DNA of 62,906 nt, counting the filler, from Sanchytrium tribonematis (lineage: Eukaryota): assembly GCA_018985235.1 (NCBI GenBank). It is 11 parts of 11 records of this genome, joined end to end, with 100 filler letters (N's around TTAATTAATTAA, not from the genome) between each part and the next. Parts side by side here need not be neighbours in the genome. Positions count along the whole stretch, not along the records: positions 43,267 to 62,906 come from JADGIG010000102.1; 10 more parts are not named here. One strand, written 5' to 3'. Positions 57,499 to 62,906 of this stretch are shown here, one piece after another; the stretch's first letter is position 1, and the number at the start of each line of letters is the position of its first letter. Made by a program: the position numbers and the translations under genes. The notes under the pieces are model-generated. The model did not search any database. It was given only the letters and a program-made list of their open reading frames with translations, and was not told where the DNA came from.

Positions 57499-58374
57499 TT
57501 ATTGGCTCACTGAAGAATCATAGAATATTGCATCAAATCCCAGTTCTTCATGAAATTCACTTTCTTCAATTTCAAGTAATCTATCAAATACCTCTAAAAA
57601 ATCTTTATAATTGGAATGACCACGCTCAAGATCTTTCTTCAACAACACTATAGTTTCAATTAGTACCTTTCCCAAATTACTCTCTTTTGTAATTCGAATA
57701 CTAAGATCTTTCGTATTTAATAATTTCAATAAAACTCTTTTTAATGTTTTCCTATTAATATCGGGTCTCAATTGAAATTGCTGAGATCTAAAAAACTCCA
57801 CGTCTTTCAAATTCAACAAATCATCCAAGCATTTTTGTGAAATTTCCACAATATAAATCGCATTATTCAAAATTCCATTGTAGATTTTGAGTGCATTGAA
57901 CCATTTAGTCTCTGTTTTTGCCAGTGCATCACAATAAATTGGAATCAATTCAAATGGTGCGTAACTGAATGTGTCTATTTTTAATGGCACATACGGGTTG
58001 AAGCCCTTGGCCAATAATCCCTCAAACTGATCGAACTTTTCGTCATCCATTGCCAAATGCAATAAACTTCTATAGCTCCATAATTCAAAGGCATGGGAAC
58101 CTTCATGGTGAAATTCAGTCACAGAATAGCCTTTCATCATTAGAATTAGCTTCTCACTTGGACGTTGCGCGTCAAGTTGTTCTGTGATGATTTTTGCCTT
58201 GCATTTTAATGAATTGAAATACATTGTACCCCAAACTTTGTATTTCTTTCCATATTCCTCAAATAGATGGATAATTTGCAACCAATTCCTTTTATTACAT
58301 GCTTCTTCTATTGCTGTTTTATGAGGATTGATAAATAATGAAAATGAATGTACCAAATGTAAAAAAATCAACAT
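57499..58374 (-). CDS. Secreted protein with ankyrin-like repeat, paralog of 58594-60186
   Basis: Signal-like start; shared blocks SLLHLAM and IPIYC.AL. Confidence 0.75.
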   Translation of the reverse strand: MLIFLHLVHSFSLFINPHKTAIEEACNKRNWLQIIHLFEEYGKKYKVWGTMYFNSLKCKAKIITEQLDAQRPSEKLILMMKGYSVTEFHHEGSHAFELWSYRSLLHLAMDDEKFDQFEGLLAKGFNPYVPLKIDTFSYAPFELIPIYCDALAKTETKWFNALKIYNGILNNAIYIVEISQKCLDDLLNLKDVEFFRSQQFQLRPDINRKTLKRVLLKLLNTKDLSIRITKESNLGKVLIETIVLLKKDLERGHSNYKDFLEVFDRLLEIEESEFHEELGFDAIFYDSSVSQ

Positions 58375-58593
58375 TTCAAGGGGTCAAACATTTTTTGAAT
58401 TTGGGGTATTTTGTACAAAAAAAGGAGTTGATCTATTTTTATCAATTTTTTGATTGATACAACATCACTATTTTGTCCATTTTGTTTAGTGAAGATTAAA
58501 ATATCTAATAAAATATACGATTATATTTGGAATTATTTATTCTTATTCATTTCTGATGCATAAAGGCATTCCTGAGGCGAATTTGATATTCTT

Positions 58594-60186
58594 TTATTCC
58601 TTTAATGCTTCCTCAAAATTAAGAATAATAGTCTTTTGTTTTTGATCAGCCAAATCGATTGGAAGTTTCCCTTGTATATTCCTATCTCTCAAACCGCTCC
58701 AAATTAGAAGAGGTTTGATTGATTTTAAATGATCTAGTGAATTGCGAAAAACAAGCAAGTAATATTCGTACATTTCCTTCCCATTTATGTATTCCAATAA
58801 TATTTTCAAACTCTCCTCACTTTCAGACTGTGCTGCCAAATGCATGGGATTATCCCCATGATTATTTTTAACGGTAAAAATTGGTGGATATCTCATAAAA
58901 TATCGCACACAATCCAATCTCTGGTAAATAATGCAAAAATGCAATGCTGTATTTCCATCGATATATTTTACATATGGATTTACAGGCTGCTTATTCATGG
59001 CTTGTTGCAACCACTGTCCTGGGATTGACAATGGGGCAAATGGATTTGTTTTTGGTAACAATTTTTGATAATTGACACAAACATAATATATTAATGGCAA
59101 ATTGTTGGAAAATAAAATTCGCTCTACGTCGTCATTGGTTAATATCACATCAGAATTTGCACTTGCAATGAATTCAAACTTGCGCACTCTCATGTCTCCA
59201 AATAACATTGTACTGAAATCCTTGAATCTTATCAAATTAGGATTGATCTTTTGAATTTCTTTTAATCTACGTAGAGACAAGCGAACAAAAGCATTTTCAA
59301 AAAATTCTGCATCTTTATAAAATTGAATGTTGTAACTATCGATTATTTCTGATAATGCTATCAGTAAATTATCTGTAATTGGTTTCGAAGCTAATATTAG
59401 TGCCATCGCTTTGAATAGTTCTTTCATCTTTTCAGTGGAAATGGATTCTTTTAAATTAGATACTTTGTTTAGTAGTACAATTAGTCTATCATTTGTAATA
59501 TAATTATTCAATGAGATTTGCTGATTGTTTAGAAATGTCGAATCAGCCAAGTCAATTACTTTTTCAAAGCATCTGTTTGATTCAGCTGGTAGTAAAATGG
59601 CACTTTTCAAGATTCCAGGGTAGGTTTTTAAAGCATCGTAATACTCAGCCGTTTCTTCATACATTTCTAATGCCTTGCAATAAATAGGAATATTGTTAAA
59701 TTGTACGATTGGACTGAAACCATGCTCTAAGTTTAGGTCTATACCCAAGGCTCCCCCTGCGAGTCTTACCTTTAAATCCAATAATGCTTTAAATTGTTCA
59801 ATATTTCTAGCCTCCATTGCCAAGTGCAATAGACTTTGATATTCCCAATAATTTTTTGGAAATACTGCTTCATACATAAAATTAGGGTCAATATATTGAT
59901 AACCAAGTAGTTTCGCCATCATTTCATTCATGTTTGAATTAAACTGATTTAAATTATCTTGGATGATGGGGGCTTGTGGGCATTCAATATTGAGATTATC
60001 CCATGATTGATGACTTTTGAAATATTCATTTAATGTGTCAATGATTCCAACCCAATCCTTTGATTCACAATATTCATTGATTTGAGTTCTCATATTAACT
60101 TGTGGTGCTACTGAAACTATATTTCTTCGTTTAGGGTTTGATCCGAACAGTCCCACTGCGACTAAAAGCAACGCAACAATCAACAT
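58594..60186 (-). CDS. Secreted ankyrin-repeat protein
   Basis: Signal peptide MLIVALLLVAVGLFG; GNTALHF, GDNPMHLAA, GKLPIDLA. Confidence 0.85.
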   Translation of the reverse strand: MLIVALLLVAVGLFGSNPKRRNIVSVAPQVNMRTQINEYCESKDWVGIIDTLNEYFKSHQSWDNLNIECPQAPIIQDNLNQFNSNMNEMMAKLLGYQYIDPNFMYEAVFPKNYWEYQSLLHLAMEARNIEQFKALLDLKVRLAGGALGIDLNLEHGFSPIVQFNNIPIYCKALEMYEETAEYYDALKTYPGILKSAILLPAESNRCFEKVIDLADSTFLNNQQISLNNYITNDRLIVLLNKVSNLKESISTEKMKELFKAMALILASKPITDNLLIALSEIIDSYNIQFYKDAEFFENAFVRLSLRRLKEIQKINPNLIRFKDFSTMLFGDMRVRKFEFIASANSDVILTNDDVERILFSNNLPLIYYVCVNYQKLLPKTNPFAPLSIPGQWLQQAMNKQPVNPYVKYIDGNTALHFCIIYQRLDCVRYFMRYPPIFTVKNNHGDNPMHLAAQSESEESLKILLEYINGKEMYEYYLLVFRNSLDHLKSIKPLLIWSGLRDRNIQGKLPIDLADQKQKTIILNFEEALKE

Positions 60187-60299
60187 TTCAAGGGGAATAA
60201 TTTGGAAATGACTTTGGGGAACAGGGAGTCTATCAAAACAATCTCGCTAAACTCAAGTTACACAAAAAAATGTTACATTTTTACCCCAATTGAAACAAA

Positions 60300-61421
60300 A
60301 TGGATATCCCCAAATTGCCATTTGAATTATTGATTAAATGTATCCCATTTGAATCTCAACCACTGATTAACAAAGAAATCACCAAGAATTACTTGAAAGA
60401 ATGCTATAAATACTTGAGAAGAATAAAAATTCCAAAATCAACTTTATTTGATTATCATGCCATGGTTCAACAGATATCCATTTATAATTCGGATGACATT
60501 GATTATAATCTACTAAGTAATTTAAAATTGGTGACGACTGGTGACTATAGTCTTTATTATCACGATATTTCTTTTAATTTCAAACGACTTGCAACTTCAA
60601 ATATTGCAGGAAATATTAAAGAATTGAAACTAGATTTGGAATCAGATATTAAATGTATGGATGATTTATTAAATTTCACGAGTTTAGAGTGGCTAACTCT
60701 CCCAGAATTTAAGCAAGATATTTCACAGTTGCACCAATTGCGTAAATTGAGGTGTCTGACCATAAAAGACATTGCTGGTGGTATCGCTTATCACAAATTA
60801 GAGCCATTTGTCAATATCAAGGAAATCATAGTCCATCAACCGACTCAGCAATTTCTATATCAATGTAATTGGTTATTCCCAAATTTAGAAGAGATTCAAT
60901 TGAAGGACTCCTTTATAGATGAAATTGATGCATCTTGCTTACATAGTGTCACCAAATTGAAAATTGATGAACAAATTCATGGATTTCCACCCAATTTGAA
61001 AATTTTACAGTGTTTCGAGGAGCGATTTGAAGTTGATTTACCAACCAATCTTGCTTTTTATAGCCATCAATTTGATTTTAGCAGTGTATATCACGATGCT
61101 GGATTTATAGACTGCATGATGTTCAAATTATCCGAAAATCCAAATATGCTCGTGTTTTGCAATTGCAAAGATCGATTTATCATTTCAAATCAAAAATTAG
61201 ATCCTATTTATTATGATGCATATTATTATCATAAATTGGAGATACTCCCAAATGGATTCCATCATTATTATAATAATATAAAGACGAGTCTTTTTCACGC
61301 ATGCACAAAATATGAATATTTTAAAGTGACTTATATCAGTGATATGGGGAGTGAGACAAGCTCAGATTCTGATGTAGAGATATCAGAGTATATGGAATCA
61401 AGTGATGAGAGTGACGCGTGA
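60300..61421 (+). CDS. F-box-like/LRR protein
   Basis: N-terminal LPFELLIKCI; LRR-like LxxLxL units; acidic tail. Confidence 0.6.
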   Translation: MDIPKLPFELLIKCIPFESQPLINKEITKNYLKECYKYLRRIKIPKSTLFDYHAMVQQISIYNSDDIDYNLLSNLKLVTTGDYSLYYHDISFNFKRLATSNIAGNIKELKLDLESDIKCMDDLLNFTSLEWLTLPEFKQDISQLHQLRKLRCLTIKDIAGGIAYHKLEPFVNIKEIIVHQPTQQFLYQCNWLFPNLEEIQLKDSFIDEIDASCLHSVTKLKIDEQIHGFPPNLKILQCFEERFEVDLPTNLAFYSHQFDFSSVYHDAGFIDCMMFKLSENPNMLVFCNCKDRFIISNQKLDPIYYDAYYYHKLEILPNGFHHYYNNIKTSLFHACTKYEYFKVTYISDMGSETSSDSDVEISEYMESSDESDA

Positions 61422-61666
61422 ATAAATTAAAGTCAATTTTGATGTTTTGCAAATATTCCCCTTCAAAACAAATGAATGTAAATTTGTTGTATGCGCCATG
61501 GACAGTCAATCCATCCATCACATATCATGTTGAATATGACCAATTAATATTTGAATGTAATGAATATGACTCAGATACAGAGTTATCTGCTATTTGAGAA
61601 TATTCCGTTTCTTGCAAATTATTTGATTCCATTTTAGTATCATCTGAGCATCTATCAGAGCAATTG

Positions 61667-62906
61667 ATGGAGATATGGTTGATACATGATGATGATTATA
61701 TTGTGCAGTGTCATAATCAGGTCATTTTCACCAGTCAATTACCATCTACAGTGAGAATCAAATTGGTGTGGAAAATCACTAAAACTGAGAATCACATGAG
61801 GATTTCTAGATTGCAACTCGTGTTAACTGGTAAAGAGAAGCAGTTGGGACTAAACACTGTCCCCTATGACTCCAATTTACTAATTTCATCAATTGAAAAT
61901 GGTCGCCCATCTCAACTTCCGATTGTTACTTTCAAAGGATATTTAGCGAGCGGTAAAGCCATGTTTTGCAAATCGAATAATGAGGATAAGCTATTATTTA
62001 CTAATCAAGTGGCTTACAAAGTTTTAAATTCCAAAGAAGTGTTTGCGAATCCAGTCAATTTGAGAGAATTTCCAGAAATTTACAAAAAACTAGAAATCTT
62101 ACAAAATGCAGTCTTGAGTCACTATGTTAGGAATACGCAATTATTTTATGTATTACAACATGTCTCGCACTCACAGCATATTCATATTCCAGTGTATATA
62201 GTTGGAAATGCTATTTTTGACATTTTAAATAGAGATTATAAATTAAATGCAGTTTTAGAGCAAATGGTTGGTAAAGTTGACATTCTACATGCATATGCAT
62301 CTGACAGACTCACTAAATTGTACCAAACCATTCTCCCACACTACAAATTACAAGAATCTTCTCAATTTCAATTTCAAGTCTTTAAAACTATAAAATTGAA
62401 GCCAACACATCATTTTTTACGATCAGAACCGCTTAGTCTTTCAAAAGATAATCAATTGCAAGGATACGGTGATTTGTCAGATTCAGAAACACGTGTTTTT
62501 ACTATTTTTTGTCTCTATTTTGATCCATTAAATGGCCAATTATATGATCCCACTGGATTTGCTCTATATGACACATCTAATAGAATTATAAGATGGTCAT
62601 TAAATGCAGAATCGACTCATTACAACTTCTCATTAAATTTTAAAATATTCAAAATGTTTCAAAAATTAGATTTGAAATTAATATTTGGACAAGATAATCG
62701 TGGCGATAGATTAGAATGGAATACTATTGCATTTGATACTGCTTTAAAAAGAATTCTACAGAAATTATATTTGCCAAGTATATACGAAAAGAAACAGAAT
62801 TTAAATCAATTTTTTGATTACGGTTATTTAGATGCGCTTCACAGAGAATTAAATGTATTTATAAAAGATATAATGTATCCAATGAACCTTGAATTATTCA
62901 AACACT
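61667..62906 (+). CDS. Degenerate class II nucleotidyltransferase (CCA-adding/PcnB-like head domain); 3' truncated; absent from the ORF track
   Basis: Frame open from 61598 to window end; IPVYIVGNAIFDIL and DSETRVFTIFCLYFDPLNGQLYDPTGFALYD...RIIR. Confidence 0.7.
   Translation, partial: MEIWLIHDDDYIVQCHNQVIFTSQLPSTVRIKLVWKITKTENHMRISRLQLVLTGKEKQLGLNTVPYDSNLLISSIENGRPSQLPIVTFKGYLASGKAMFCKSNNEDKLLFTNQVAYKVLNSKEVFANPVNLREFPEIYKKLEILQNAVLSHYVRNTQLFYVLQHVSHSQHIHIPVYIVGNAIFDILNRDYKLNAVLEQMVGKVDILHAYASDRLTKLYQTILPHYKLQESSQFQFQVFKTIKLKPTHHFLRSEPLSLSKDNQLQGYGDLSDSETRVFTIFCLYFDPLNGQLYDPTGFALYDTSNRIIRWSLNAESTHYNFSLNFKIFKMFQKLDLKLIFGQDNRGDRLEWNTIAFDTALKRILQKLYLPSIYEKKQNLNQFFDYGYLDALHRELNVFIKDIMYPMNLELFKH

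Noticed and set aside
1..62906. Alternative genetic code (TGA=Trp or TAR=Gln) suggested by two in-frame TGAs
   Set aside because: Long conserved ORFs read through with TGG for Trp and end properly at TAA, TAG or TGA (e.g. HSCB, NDUFS6).

Overview
AT-rich eukaryotic nuclear DNA in the standard genetic code, from a very compact, intron-poor fungus-like (early-diverging Holomycota) genome. Sanchytrid-like is my guess and is not provable here. The window is not contiguous: 11 contig pieces are joined by ten artificial 100-nt spacers (44 N + TTAATTAATTAA + 44 N). Piece 1 (1-19640) is densely packed housekeeping genes: COG4, Arp1, NDUFS6, WDR59/Sea3, NAP1, UFD1, HSCB, CHMP7, ARMC8 and an M16 peptidase. 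Nine ~2.5-kb contigs carry a Ty3/Gypsy relic, arrestin, M1 aminopeptidase, kinase, GT31, metacaspase, thioredoxin reductase, TFB2, MscS, a nitrilase and secreted/LRR proteins. The last piece (43267-62906) has ~11.6 kb of decayed DNA with a non-LTR retroelement relic holding two tandem RT domains, followed by PMR1, secreted ankyrin paralogs, an F-box/LRR-like gene and a degenerate CCA/poly(A)-polymerase-like ORF missed by the ORF track. The main discovery is seven GT-AG spliceosomal introns of only 19-20 nt, all with an A at -6 and a T at -8 from the 3' end. Splicing them rejoins split reading frames and restores conserved motifs such as HELAH and HPFDxGD.
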